Assembly: GCA_040754415.1 (NCBI GenBank)
Contig: JBFMCU010000062.1
Location: forward strand, 1-25,465
Reading direction: 5' to 3'
Origin: Planctomycetota bacterium
GTDB taxonomy: Bacteria > Planctomycetota > UBA1135 > GCA-002686595
DNA length: 25,465 nucleotides
In this document: positions 15,170-24,372 of the stretch, piece by piece
Numbering within the stretch: position 1 is the first letter of the stretch
Layout of the letters: every line of letters starts with the position of its first letter
The notes under the pieces: model-generated
The model's input: the letters and a program-made list of their open reading frames with translations, nothing else
Database searches by the model: none
Told to the model about the DNA's origin: nothing
Program-made: the position numbers and the translations under genes

Positions 15170-17200
15170 TCAGTCGAACGGCAGCCACAAGCTGAGCTGC
15201 GCGTCCATCCTCGTGCGATCGACCGCGAGCTGGAGCATCGCGGCCCCCAGGACCTCCAAAACCTCGACCCGGCGCACGTAGGCCTCCGCCTTCTCGTTCC
15301 CGTGCTCGCGCACCCACTCGTTCTTGATGCGCTCCGTCTCCTGGTCGTAGAGAAGGTCGAGCTGGGACTCCACCTCGGGGGTCACGTTGCCGGGATCCTC
15401 CTCCGGCCAGTGCTCGCGGAGGAGCCGCCGCCGGATGCCCGGCCCTTCCGTCGTCCAGTCGATCTCGCTCCGCACGTCGAGCCCGGCCTGGAACTCGGCG
15501 ATCGCCTTGAGCGACGCGGCCACCGCGCGCGGATTCAGCCAGAGGACGGCGTTGGCGCTCTTCAACCCGCCGAGGACGAAGGACTGGAACGTGCTCTGCT
15601 CGCTCAGCCGGGGGCGAGCGCCCGGACGCCCCCAGTAGGTCGCGTTGAGGTCGTTCAGCAGGTTGTGGCTGTTCGAGAGCACGAAGTAGCTGTCCTCCCC
15701 GGTCATGGAGAGCGTCGCGACCATCCCCGTGCCGGCGACGAACGGCTGCCAGTACTCGAAGATCTTGCTCCCGCCCGCCAGCGTGTTCTCCATCACCCCG
15801 CGCGAGCCCGGCTCGCGGCCCTGGATCCGGAAGGCGCCCTGGTGGCGCTGGATCGTGCTCTCGAGCTCCGCCACGCGCGCCGCCTCCTTGGGCCACAGGA
15901 CGAGGGCCCAGGCGAGGACCGGCGTGTCGTCGTGCGGCGGGCCGTTCTCTCCCTCGTCGGGGTAATCGTGCGGGCGGACGAGGATCGCGAACTGGTCGCG
16001 GACGGCGGCATCGATGTCGTCGATCAGCGGGAAGCACTCCGTGTGCCCCCAGACCTCGCGGATCGTGTCCTCTATCAGCCCGAGCCGGGCCTCGGGGAGG
16101 GACGAGGCGAGCGCGCGCAGGAGGTCGCCGACGTCGGCGTGCGCGTAGAGGAACATCCCGACGTCGTCGGGGGCGAGGCGAGCCGCGCTCTGCGCGGTCC
16201 GCAGATCGAATCCCGCCTCGCGGAACAGCCGCTTCTGCTCCTTGGTCATCTCCTCGCTCGAGAGCTGGGCGTGCAGGCGCAGGGAAAGGTCGCGCCCGAT
16301 GCGGCAGCTCCCGACGACTTCGTTCAGCAGGCCGACCTGGAACAGCTTCCCGCCCACGGCGGCGGGGAGGGACTCCGCGCTCGGATCGGGCCACTGCCCG
16401 GACCAGCCCATGCTCGTCGCGAGCGCCTTCTGGTCGACGTAGAGCTCGAGCTCGTCGCCGGTGGATCGGGCGACGTCGATCGGGTTGTACTTCCCGGAGA
16501 GCCCGAGCGAGTCCTCGCCGCGCTTGGCCTCGAACTCGACCGCCTTCTGGACGAGATCCGCCGTGTTCGACACGACGACCACGTCGCGGATCCGCGTCAC
16601 GTAGACCGTCTGCGCGAGCTCCCCGCCGGCGAGCGAGTGCCCCACCGTCTCCTCGCCGCGCTTCACCGCCTGCACGACGAGCCCCTGGTCGGAGAGCCCG
16701 ATCGTGTCGGGATAGCGCAGGAGCTCCACCCCCACGCGCCCGATCCAGTTCGTGCGGCCGTACGCGGCCCACTGGGCCTTCGCCAGATCCCCCCCCTGGA
16801 AGTGGCCGGCGAGCGCCAGATCGCTCCCCCCGAAGAGCGAGAGCGGCGAGGTCTCCAGCGGGAGCTGGGCGAGGAACTCCTCGATGCCGGCGAGGGTCGG
16901 CTGGAGATCCACCGCGGCGCGCAGATCCTTCACCGCCGCCGTCTGGAGCAGCGCCGTCCCGCCCCGGGCCTTCTCCAGGTCGTCGTAGAAGGCGAGGCGG
17001 GGGAAGGGATCGAAGTCGCCGGCGAGGTTCGCCTTGGCGAGGTAGAAGTCGACGTCGCGCGGGACGAGGGTCGAGACGTCGTACTCGTAGCGCCCCTCGA
17101 AGGGATTGACGAGGAGCGTCGAAACCGCCCCGTAGCCCGCGACGAGCAGAATCAGGAAGAGGACGAGGACGATGCGGAGGAAGCGGCGGCGGGAGCGCAT
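15170..17200 (-). CDS. Large membrane-anchored protein of unknown function (676 aa). It has an N-terminal signal anchor and a large, probably periplasmic, domain.
   Basis: N-terminal transmembrane segment MRSRRRFLRIVLVLFLILLVAGYGAV. Balanced, protein-like composition throughout. No motif I can assign. The competing ORF 14832..16772 is Arg/Gly/Ala-rich and runs over the tRNA gene. Confidence 0.75.
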   Translation of the reverse strand: MRSRRRFLRIVLVLFLILLVAGYGAVSTLLVNPFEGRYEYDVSTLVPRDVDFYLAKANLAGDFDPFPRLAFYDDLEKARGGTALLQTAAVKDLRAAVDLQPTLAGIEEFLAQLPLETSPLSLFGGSDLALAGHFQGGDLAKAQWAAYGRTNWIGRVGVELLRYPDTIGLSDQGLVVQAVKRGEETVGHSLAGGELAQTVYVTRIRDVVVVSNTADLVQKAVEFEAKRGEDSLGLSGKYNPIDVARSTGDELELYVDQKALATSMGWSGQWPDPSAESLPAAVGGKLFQVGLLNEVVGSCRIGRDLSLRLHAQLSSEEMTKEQKRLFREAGFDLRTAQSAARLAPDDVGMFLYAHADVGDLLRALASSLPEARLGLIEDTIREVWGHTECFPLIDDIDAAVRDQFAILVRPHDYPDEGENGPPHDDTPVLAWALVLWPKEAARVAELESTIQRHQGAFRIQGREPGSRGVMENTLAGGSKIFEYWQPFVAGTGMVATLSMTGEDSYFVLSNSHNLLNDLNATYWGRPGARPRLSEQSTFQSFVLGGLKSANAVLWLNPRAVAASLKAIAEFQAGLDVRSEIDWTTEGPGIRRRLLREHWPEEDPGNVTPEVESQLDLLYDQETERIKNEWVREHGNEKAEAYVRRVEVLEVLGAAMLQLAVDRTRMDAQLSLWLPFD

Positions 17201-17307
17201 GGCGCGGATGGAAGGCGGCGGGGACCGGCGGATTCTATCGATCGGCCCCGGGCGCTTCCCCTCGCGGAAGGGATCGGACGCCGATCGGCGGGATTCCTTC
17301 CCGCCGG

Positions 17308-17336
17308 TTGACGCCCCGGCCGATCGGTCGAGAATT
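17308..17336 (+). promoter_or_regulatory. Candidate promoter for the aminotransferase gene: TTGACG, a 16-nt spacer, then GAGAAT. The predicted transcription start is at or within ~2 nt of the ATG, which suggests a leaderless mRNA.
   Basis: Near-consensus -35 (TTGACG) and a 4/6 match to the -10. No Shine-Dalgarno sequence between the -10 and the ATG at 17344. Confidence 0.3.
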
Positions 17337-17343
17337 CTCGCGC

Positions 17344-18510
17344 ATGAAGCTCTCCCGCCGCGTCGCCGACCTGGAGACTTCCGTGACCCTGGCCCTCTCC
17401 GCCCGCGCCAAGGCCCTGGCCCGCGCGGGGCGCGACGTCGTCGACATGGCCGTCGGCGAGCCCGACTTCCCGGCCCCGCGCGTCGTGCAGGAGGCCGCGG
17501 TCGAGAAGGTGCGGAGCGGCGACGTGCGCTACACGCCCGCGGGCGGCACGCCCTCCCTGCGCGCGGCGATCGCCCGCACCGCCGGCGCGGCGCGCGGCTT
17601 CGCGGTGACCCCGGCCGAGGTCACCGTCTGCCACAGCGGCAAGCACGCCCTCTCCGGCGCGCTCCTCTCGATCCTCGACGACGGCGACGAGGTCCTGATC
17701 CCCCTGCCGGCGTGGGTGAGCTACTTCGAGCAGGTGAAGATCGCCGGCGCGACGCCCGTCCTCGTCCCGCCCTTCGCCTCCGGCGCCCCCGACCTCGCCG
17801 CCCTCGCCGCCGCGGTGACCCCGCGGACGCGGGTCGTGATGATCAACTCCCCGTGCAATCCCACCGGCTACGTCTGGACGCCGGCGGAGATCCGCTCGAT
17901 CGCCGAGCTCGCCGTCGCCCGCGACCTCTGGATCCTCTCCGACGAGATCTACGCCACGCTCGTCTACGAGGGTCCGCCGGCCATGAGCCCCGCCTCGATC
18001 TCGCCGGAGGTGCGAGCGCGGACGATCCTCGTCGACGGCGCGAGCAAGCGCTACGCGATGACGGGCTACCGGATCGGTTTCGTCATCGCCCCCGTCGAGC
18101 TCGCCGCCGCCGTGGAGCGCCTCCACAGCCAGATGACCGGCTCCCCGAACGCGATCTCCCAGCACGCCTACGAGGCCGCTCTGCGCGCCGATCCGCCCGA
18201 GCTGGAGGAGATGCGCCGCCGCTTCGCCGCCCGCCGCACGGTCCTCGTCGCCGGCCTGCGCGCCCTCGAGCTCCCCACCCCCGACACGCGGGGGGCGTTC
18301 TATGCCTTCCCCGACGTGTCGCGCTACCTCGACGGGCGCGGCTCGGCGGGGTTCTGCGAGGATCTGCTGGAGAAGGAGGGGTTGGCGCTGGTGCCGGGGT
18401 CGGCGTTCGGAATGGACGCCCATGTGCGGCTGTCGTTCGCGACGGACGAGGACACGATCCGCGAGGCCCTGCGGCGGCTGGGGAGGTTTCTGGCCACGGT
18501 GCCCAGATAG
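17344..18510 (+). CDS. Class-I PLP-dependent aminotransferase (aspartate/aromatic aminotransferase family), starting at the internal Met MKLSRRVADL.
   Basis: Fold-type I aminotransferase pattern, including the PLP-lysine motif SKRYAMTGYRIG and NSPCNPTG. The TTG start used in the ORF table coincides with the -35 box. Confidence 0.9.
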   Translation: MKLSRRVADLETSVTLALSARAKALARAGRDVVDMAVGEPDFPAPRVVQEAAVEKVRSGDVRYTPAGGTPSLRAAIARTAGAARGFAVTPAEVTVCHSGKHALSGALLSILDDGDEVLIPLPAWVSYFEQVKIAGATPVLVPPFASGAPDLAALAAAVTPRTRVVMINSPCNPTGYVWTPAEIRSIAELAVARDLWILSDEIYATLVYEGPPAMSPASISPEVRARTILVDGASKRYAMTGYRIGFVIAPVELAAAVERLHSQMTGSPNAISQHAYEAALRADPPELEEMRRRFAARRTVLVAGLRALELPTPDTRGAFYAFPDVSRYLDGRGSAGFCEDLLEKEGLALVPGSAFGMDAHVRLSFATDEDTIREALRRLGRFLATVPR

Positions 18511-18514
18511 GGCG

Positions 18515-18600
18515 GGAAGAACGGAAGGGCGGGAAGGAAGAGAAGCCGGAGATTGGGGCGGCGGAAGGCCGCGGAAGGGGGGGAAGGAGAAGAAGCCACG
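18515..18600. repeat. Polypurine tract (~83% A+G on the + strand) built from two imperfect ~45-bp tandem units rich in GGAAGG.
   Basis: The sequence ...gggcgggaaggaagagaagccgg... is echoed ~46 nt later as ...ggggggaaggagaagaagccacgg.... The tract lies in the convergent intergenic region after aspC. Confidence 0.5.
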
Positions 18601-18688
18601 GCCCTGCCTCCAAGTCGTTGGGAGTCCTGAATCGCCCCCGTCACCATGTTCAGCGGCGCAGAGGGGCGCCCCTCGCCACACGCTGTCG

Positions 18689-20992
18689 TCAGGCAGTCCC
18701 CTTCCGTGGCGCATCGGATTCTCTCGCGGCCACCCCGGCGCCGAACCGCGTGTGGATGTACTCCCGAGCGCTCTCCGGGGGCAGCCTCACCGTCCCCGGG
18801 CCGCTCCGCAGGAAGAAGTCGCCCGCGGCGGTGGCCTCCATCCCCTTCCACCTCAGGAACACGGGCTCCGGGCTGCGCTGGCAGCTCCCGACGCACACCG
18901 TCTTGCTTTGCACGACCTGCGTCCGCGGGTCGATGCACGTACCAGCCCGATCGCCAAGGCCGTTGCGCACGACCTGGGCGAGATGGCGCATGAACGTGTC
19001 GTCGCTCTCGAGGCGGTCGTGCTCGATCCCCAGGACGGATTCATCGTCGCCGACGCCGATCAGGAGATCCCCACCCTCGGTGTTCAGGAACGCGGCGATC
19101 GTCTTGAGCACGGCGTGCGTCACGCCCTGGTCGTCCGGCGGGTCCTCTTTCAAGTTCCAGCGCAGGGTGGACTTGAACTCCAGCGTCTTCGACTCGCTGC
19201 GTTTGATCAGCTCCTCGGCGCTCCGGTGGGCGCGCAGGTACCGGTCGAAGAGGAGATTCTTCACCGCCTGGCCGAAGGCGCGGTCGTCGGTGATGTGCTT
19301 GTAGAGATCGACGTTCGAGTCGACGATCTCCTGGATCACCTGCTCGACCTTCTGGTCGAAGGTGAGCCGCACGTTCTCCCGCGTGTTGACGCGGGCCGCG
19401 GCGTCGAGGGCGGCGTCCTCGTCGAGCTTCTCCATCATCTGGCCGAGAGTCACGCGGTGCTCGGGGCCGAGGTTGAGGCCGAAGCGCTCGTTCAGCTCGG
19501 CGATGATGCGCGAGAGCGCTTCCAGCTCCTCGGGCGCGGCCCGTGGGTCCCCTTCGTGCCCACGGGGTCCAGCACGCCGGCGTTGCGTCCAGGGCGATCT
19601 TCCGGCTGCCGATCTGCTGGATCCGGTACGACTCCATGTCGATGCTCTGCTGCACGTCGCGCGGCAGCGCCTCGCGGCCGGCGGGCAGCAGCCGGCGCAG
19701 GTGGCGCGCGAAGACGTAGAGCTTCTCGTGGTCGGCGTCGGCGAAGGTCAGGACCCGGGCGAGGAAGGCATAGCGCCAGACGCAGTCGGTGAGCTGGCCG
19801 CGGAAGTCCCCGCCCTCCTCCTCCAACATCGCCGCGGTGCGCTCGACCAGCGGGGCCAGCACCGCATGGAGCCGGTCCGGCGCGGCCTTCGGGTCGAAGT
19901 AGAGCCTGGCGAAGGCCTCCACGTCCGCCTCGGTGTAGACCGGGAGGCCGGCGGGACGGGTCTGGAGTTCGTAGAGCAGGTTCGGGTCGGTGGCCTCGGA
20001 GAGCAGCGTCGTCTCGAAGTAGGACTCGAAGGCCGCCTGGATCTCGTCGGCTTCGTTCGCGAAGTCGAGCACCATCGCCCCCTTCTTCTCGGTGCCAAAG
20101 GTGCGGTTGAGCGGCGAGAGCGTCTGCACGGCGTTCACGCCGCCGAGCTTCTTGTCCACGTACATCGTGTGGAGCAGGGGCTGGTCGAAGCCGGTCTGGA
20201 ACTTGTCGGCGACGATCAGGAACCGGTACTTCGGGCGCTCGAAGGTCCAGGCGGTCTGGGCCTTCGGAAGCCCGTTCATGTTCGACTCGGTGTAGGCCTG
20301 GCCGCCGTCCTGGACCGTCCCCGAGAAGCGGCCTCGAGCGATCCCGCGGCGAGCACGGCCTTGAGGCTCCTCGTGCTCTCCCCCGACTGAAAGGAGTGCG
20401 CCTCGTCCACGATGACGGCGAAGCGCTGGCCGGGCAGCTCGCCGATCTCCTTCGCGATCACGGGGAACTTCTGGAGCGTGGTGACGATGATCGTCTTGCC
20501 CGGCTCCAGCGCCTCCTTGAGCGGGCGCGAGGTGGTGTCGATGTTCTCCACCACGCCGAGCGTCTGCTCGAACTGGCGCATCGTGGTCTGGAGCTGGCGG
20601 TCGAGCACGCGCCGGTCGGTGATGACCACCGGAACTTGCCGCCGGAGTCCTTGACGCCGTTCCGCAGCACGTCGAGCGCGCCGCGCCGCTCGATCTCGGA
20701 GGCGAGGCGCCGGAGGAACTGCTCCTTCACCGCCGCCCCGTGGTGCTCCCCGAGCCTCTTCCACTCCTTGGGCTGCGTGGCGAGGACGAAGTCGAGGATG
20801 TCGCGCGGCAGGAGGCAGAGCGCGCGGTCGTACTCCTCCGGCCGGCGCCGGCGATAGCCGCCGGGAGGCGGGTCCCCGTAGGCCGGGGCCGTCTCGGCGA
20901 CCGCGCCCGCCTCACCCGGCCCGGCGTCCGGGCCGCCCTGGGCAAGGCGCCCTCGATCGCCGCCTCGAAGGCGCGCTCGGAGATGTCGGGGG
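18689..20992 (-). pseudogene. hsdR: Type I restriction enzyme R subunit (hsdR) pseudogene. At least five frame changes are visible, along with a probable ~220-aa internal deletion between helicase motif II and motif V. It includes a C-terminal AlbA_2/Schlafen-like putative DNA-binding domain.
   Basis: HsdR segments are found in four different reading frames:
- N-terminal region (EEYDRALCLLPRDILDFVLATQPKEW...FLRRLASEIERRGALDVLRNGVK) at 20945-20640.
- Motif Ia region (VPVVITDRRVLDRQLQTT...IIVTTLQKF...VIVDEAHSFQSGE, the DEAH box) at 20640-20280.
- Motif V/VI region ([40 protein letters not shown]) at 20280-19560.
- C-terminal HsdR domain plus the AlbA_2-like segment (EELEALSRIIAELNERFG...; KTLEFKSTLRWNL...GGDLLIGVGDD) at 19560-18689.
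Only ~35 codons separate the DEAH box from the TGFD motif. Confidence 0.75.
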
Positions 20993-22156
20993 TCAGGGCT
21001 CCTCCGTCCCCTCGTTCAGAATCGCGAGGTAGCCACTGTACACGAACAGCCGATTGCGGCGCTTGCCCGTCAGCTCGGCCGCGATTCCCTGGCCGACGAG
21101 CAGCTCCATCGCCGAGGAGACGGCAGGGAACGAGAGGCCGGTCGCCTCGCAGACCGCGGACATGGACTGGATGGGCCGCGCCTTCAGCGCCTCGTGCACC
21201 CGCAAAGCCGAGCCGGCGCGCCGGCCCGTGGTTTCGATCTTGGTGCGGTCGACCTGGAACATCTCCGCGAGCCGGCGCGCGGTCGAGACGGCACCGTCCG
21301 CGACCTCTTTGACGCCCGCGAGGAAGAACGCGAGCCACGCCTCCCAGTCACCGTCGCGGCGCGCCCCGTCCAGAAGGTCGTAGTACACGGCCCGGTGCTG
21401 CTTGAAGTAGAGGCTCAGATAGAGCAGCGGCTCGCGCAGGACGCCGGCATGGCAGAGAAGGAACGTGATCAGAAGGCGGCCCACCCGGCCGTTGCCGTCC
21501 AGGAAGGGGTGGATCGTCTCAAACTGCACGTGGGCCAACCCGGCGCGCACGAGTACCGGCAGGCCGTCGTCCGTGGCGTGCAGGAAGCGCTCGAGCGCGC
21601 CCATGCACTCGGGAACGGCCTCCGGCGGCGGCGGGACGAAGCGCGCATTGCCGGGCCGGCTGCCGCCGATCCAGTTCTGCGAGCGACGGAACTCGCCCGG
21701 GTCCTTGCCGCTGCCGCGCCCGCGCGAGAGCAGCACGCCGTGGATCTCGCGGATCAGGCGGTTCGAAAGCGGGAATCCCCCCCGCAGCCGCGTGAGACCG
21801 TGGTCGAGGGCCGCGACGTAGTTCGACACCTCCACGACGTCGTCGAGCGGGGCGCCGGGGGCCTCCTGGAGCTCGAAGAGCAGGAGGTCCGAGAGGGAGG
21901 ACTGCGTCCCCTCGATCCGCGAGGAGAGGACGGCCTCCTTGCGCACGTAGGCGTAGAGGAAGAGCGACTTGTCGGGCAGGAGCGTGGAGATCCCGTCGAG
22001 ACGCCCCAGGGCGAGCCCCGCCGCCTCGAGGGCCGTCTGCAACCCCTCCTCCAGCGCCAGGGACGGGTCGGGAGGGAGGGGGTTCGGCACGAAGGCCCGG
22101 ACCCGTTCCCCCCCGGCGCTCGTCACCTCGTACCTGCCGGTCGTCCCCCGTTTCAC
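20993..22156 (-). CDS. fic: Fic family protein: a class-II AMPylator with an N-terminal inhibitory helix and a C-terminal winged-helix domain. The start is probably GTG at 22156, preceded by an AGGAGA ribosome-binding site.
   Basis: Canonical Fic motif HPFLDGNGRVGRLL. An inhibitory [ST]xxxE[GN] motif (SSRIEG) lies N-terminal to the Fic core. The 48 codons upstream of the GTG in the ORF table run through a promoter-like AT-richer segment. Confidence 0.85.
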   Translation of the reverse strand: MKRGTTGRYEVTSAGGERVRAFVPNPLPPDPSLALEEGLQTALEAAGLALGRLDGISTLLPDKSLFLYAYVRKEAVLSSRIEGTQSSLSDLLLFELQEAPGAPLDDVVEVSNYVAALDHGLTRLRGGFPLSNRLIREIHGVLLSRGRGSGKDPGEFRRSQNWIGGSRPGNARFVPPPPEAVPECMGALERFLHATDDGLPVLVRAGLAHVQFETIHPFLDGNGRVGRLLITFLLCHAGVLREPLLYLSLYFKQHRAVYYDLLDGARRDGDWEAWLAFFLAGVKEVADGAVSTARRLAEMFQVDRTKIETTGRRAGSALRVHEALKARPIQSMSAVCEATGLSFPAVSSAMELLVGQGIAAELTGKRRNRLFVYSGYLAILNEGTEEP

Positions 22157-22179
22157 CCCGATCTCCTGGCTCAGCAGAG

Positions 22180-22235
22180 TTGAATTGCGGCCGCGGATGC
22201 TAAATCTTCCGGCCCGAAGTCTAAACAACGCGGCG
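22180..22235 (-). promoter_or_regulatory. Candidate fic promoter: TTGTTT, a ~19-nt spacer, then TTAGCAT.
   Basis: The only AT-rich patch in an otherwise ~75% GC region, located ~30-60 nt upstream of the proposed GTG start. Confidence 0.25.
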
Positions 22236-23124
22236 GGGAGGGCAAGGGCCTTCCCCCCGCGCCGCGGGACAGCCCCCCTTTCCTCCCCTGGCGCTCGCAC
22301 TTCGATCCCGCCGTTGACCGCGGCGGCTCACTCCCCTCCTCCCGCCCCCAGCACGAAGCGGGCCCGCTCGCGCCGCAGCATCTCGAAGGCCCCCGGCGTC
22401 AGGGTAGCTGTCGCCTGTGATGAGGGGCCGCGGGGCCCCTGCCCGGTCGCAGGCCGGGTAGGGCGCGGCATCCTTCCTCCTGCCCGCCAGGGCAGGACGC
22501 CCCCCATGGGGGGCGCGCGCATCGCCGGCATCCCATCGTCATTGGGGGCGGAGGCGACACCGTCGTGCCGTACTCCGAGAGGTTCAAGTCCCGCATGATT
22601 CAGCGCCTCACCGGACCCCAGGCTCCGAGTGCCACGGCCCTCCTGGGGGCCAGGTCGCCGTGAAGGTCTCGCCGCGGGCGAGCGCTTCGAGCGCGGGACC
22701 GATGAAGGCGGCCACTCCGGCGATCGCCGATTCCAGGGAGCCCGCTCGATCGGAGAGGCGGCTTCGGCGCAGGAATCCGGCCCATTGGGAGCTCTTTCCC
22801 TCGACCGCGGCGAAGGCAGGCGTGAGGGCGGGAGGCATGGCGGCAGGGAACGCCGTGCGGCGCCGGGAGAAGGTCGAGGCGAAACTGTGTCCGAATTGGG
22901 GTGACGTAGTGGGGAGCGGAACAGGGCCTCCCAGCGGGAGCGGAAGTCGCCGGAGGACCGGCGATGGGACCGGACGCGAGCATCGATCGAGGAGAGGGAA
23001 GGCATGGACGGTGCGGCGGTCCTTCTCCCCCAATGCCGGAGCGCACAACGAGCTGGTTCCTGGATTCCCGGTCCCACCCGGGGGGAGCGGACCGAACACC
23101 AGGAACCGATGAGGGCATGACCAG

Positions 23125-23775
23125 ATGAAGATCGGGATCCTCGGAACCGGGGAGGTGGGCCAGGCGCTCGGCCGGGGCTTCGCGGCCCTCCGCCATGAGG
23201 TCAAGATGGGCTCGCGGTCGGCGACCAACGCGAAGGCATTGGCCTGGGCCAAGAGGACGGGCCCCCCGGCATCGGTCGGGACCTTCGCCGCCGCGGCAGC
23301 CTTCGGCGAGATCGTGGTGCTCGCGACCCTCGGCGTGGCGAACGAGAGCGTCCTCCAGGCGGCAGGGCCGGAGAAGCTCCGCGGCAAGATCGTGATCGAT
23401 GCGACGAATCCGCTCGACTTCTCCCGGGGCGTTCCGCCGACCTTGGCCATCGCCGGCCACGACTCCGGCGGCGAACAGGTGCAGCGGCTCCTGCCCGGCG
23501 CCCAGGTCGTCAAGGCCTTCAACACGGTCGGCCACGCGCACATGTTCCGGCCCGACTTCCCGGACGGGCCGCCCGACATGTTCCTCTGCGGCGACGACGC
23601 GACGGCCAAGGAGAAGGTGGGCGAGCTCCTCCAGAACTTCGGCTGGGGAGTCGTCGATATCGGCGGGATCGACGGCTCCCGCTACCTCGAGGCGATGTGC
23701 CTGGTGTGGGTCCGCTACGCGTTCTCGACGCCGGCGCCGACCTGGAACCACGCCTTCAGGCTGCTCAAGAAGTGA
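23125..23775 (+). CDS. NADP oxidoreductase of the coenzyme F420-dependent family (Npd/FNO-like dinucleotide-binding protein).
   Basis: N-terminal Rossmann fingerprint MKIGILGTGEVGQALG, and overall similarity in pattern to F420-dependent NADP reductase-like proteins (GHEV, IVIDATNP, KAFNT). Confidence 0.8.
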   Translation: MKIGILGTGEVGQALGRGFAALRHEVKMGSRSATNAKALAWAKRTGPPASVGTFAAAAAFGEIVVLATLGVANESVLQAAGPEKLRGKIVIDATNPLDFSRGVPPTLAIAGHDSGGEQVQRLLPGAQVVKAFNTVGHAHMFRPDFPDGPPDMFLCGDDATAKEKVGELLQNFGWGVVDIGGIDGSRYLEAMCLVWVRYAFSTPAPTWNHAFRLLKK

Positions 23776-24149
23776 CGGGTCGGGCGGTCCACGGCCGCCT
23801 CGGCGGCTCGCGCGCCGCTCGCTGTAGACGCCGGCCAGGATCCGCGTGATTTTGCCGCCGACCGGCGGCAGGAAGGCTGAGGAGGAGGGAGGTAGTTCCG
23901 GGGTTGGAGGTGGTTCCGCCTTGGGGGTCGAGGGGAGCCTGGGTGGATCTGGTTCCCTCCCCCCTCGTGCCCTCGGGGGGGGTCTGAGGTGGAGGCCGTG
24001 GTAGAAGACCCGGGCCGAGCGGGGAGACCCGAGGGGAGGCCCCGCTGTGTCAGTAAGCCCGGGCCTCCCCCCGGCAAGACCGCGTTGGTGCGGTAGCGAG
24101 CACCATCGCGCCTCGGGGCCTTCCTGTCGAGCACCGCCCGGCAGGAGGG

Positions 24150-24372
24150 GTTGGTCCCCGCGGTCCAGGAGCTCGAACACGAGTCCGAAGCGCTCCTCGA
24201 GCTCCGCCCTCCACTGGTCGAGCACCGCGGGCGGGGTCGCCACGACGATGGTCTTCGCCTTCCGGCGCAGGAGGATGCGGCGATCCGGCTCGTGGCCCCA
24301 GAACACCTCGAGCGCCTGCCCCTGGGCATCGTTGTCCGCGCACGCGAGCCGCACGACCGCCGACAACGGGTC
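24150..24372 (-). pseudogene. Remnant of an SNF2-family helicase N-terminal region: RLACADNDAQGQALEVFWGHEPDRRILLRRKAKTIVVATPPAVLDQWRAELEERFGLVFELLD. It begins exactly where the pRiA4_ORF3-like reading frame ends.
   Basis: The pattern resembles SNF2 motif I/Ia (LADxxGLGKT ... LIVxPxSLLxNWxxE). The frame degenerates into low-complexity sequence after ~75 aa. It sits in a different frame from the upstream gene on the same strand. Confidence 0.35.

Noticed and set aside
20276-20764. Treating the 162-aa, 412-aa and 254-aa ORFs as separate intact genes (a small helicase, an HsdR-C protein, and an AlbA-domain protein).
   Set aside because: Their motif content is contiguous with HsdR in the correct order, and their boundaries coincide with single-base frame changes. 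They are better explained as one disrupted hsdR than as three genes.
22540-22610. tRNA-like T-arm motif GGTTCAAGTCC, suggesting a second tRNA or an att-site relic.
   Set aside because: The flanking five nucleotides do not form a T-stem (AGAGG versus CCCGC). No acceptor or anticodon arms can be built on either strand.
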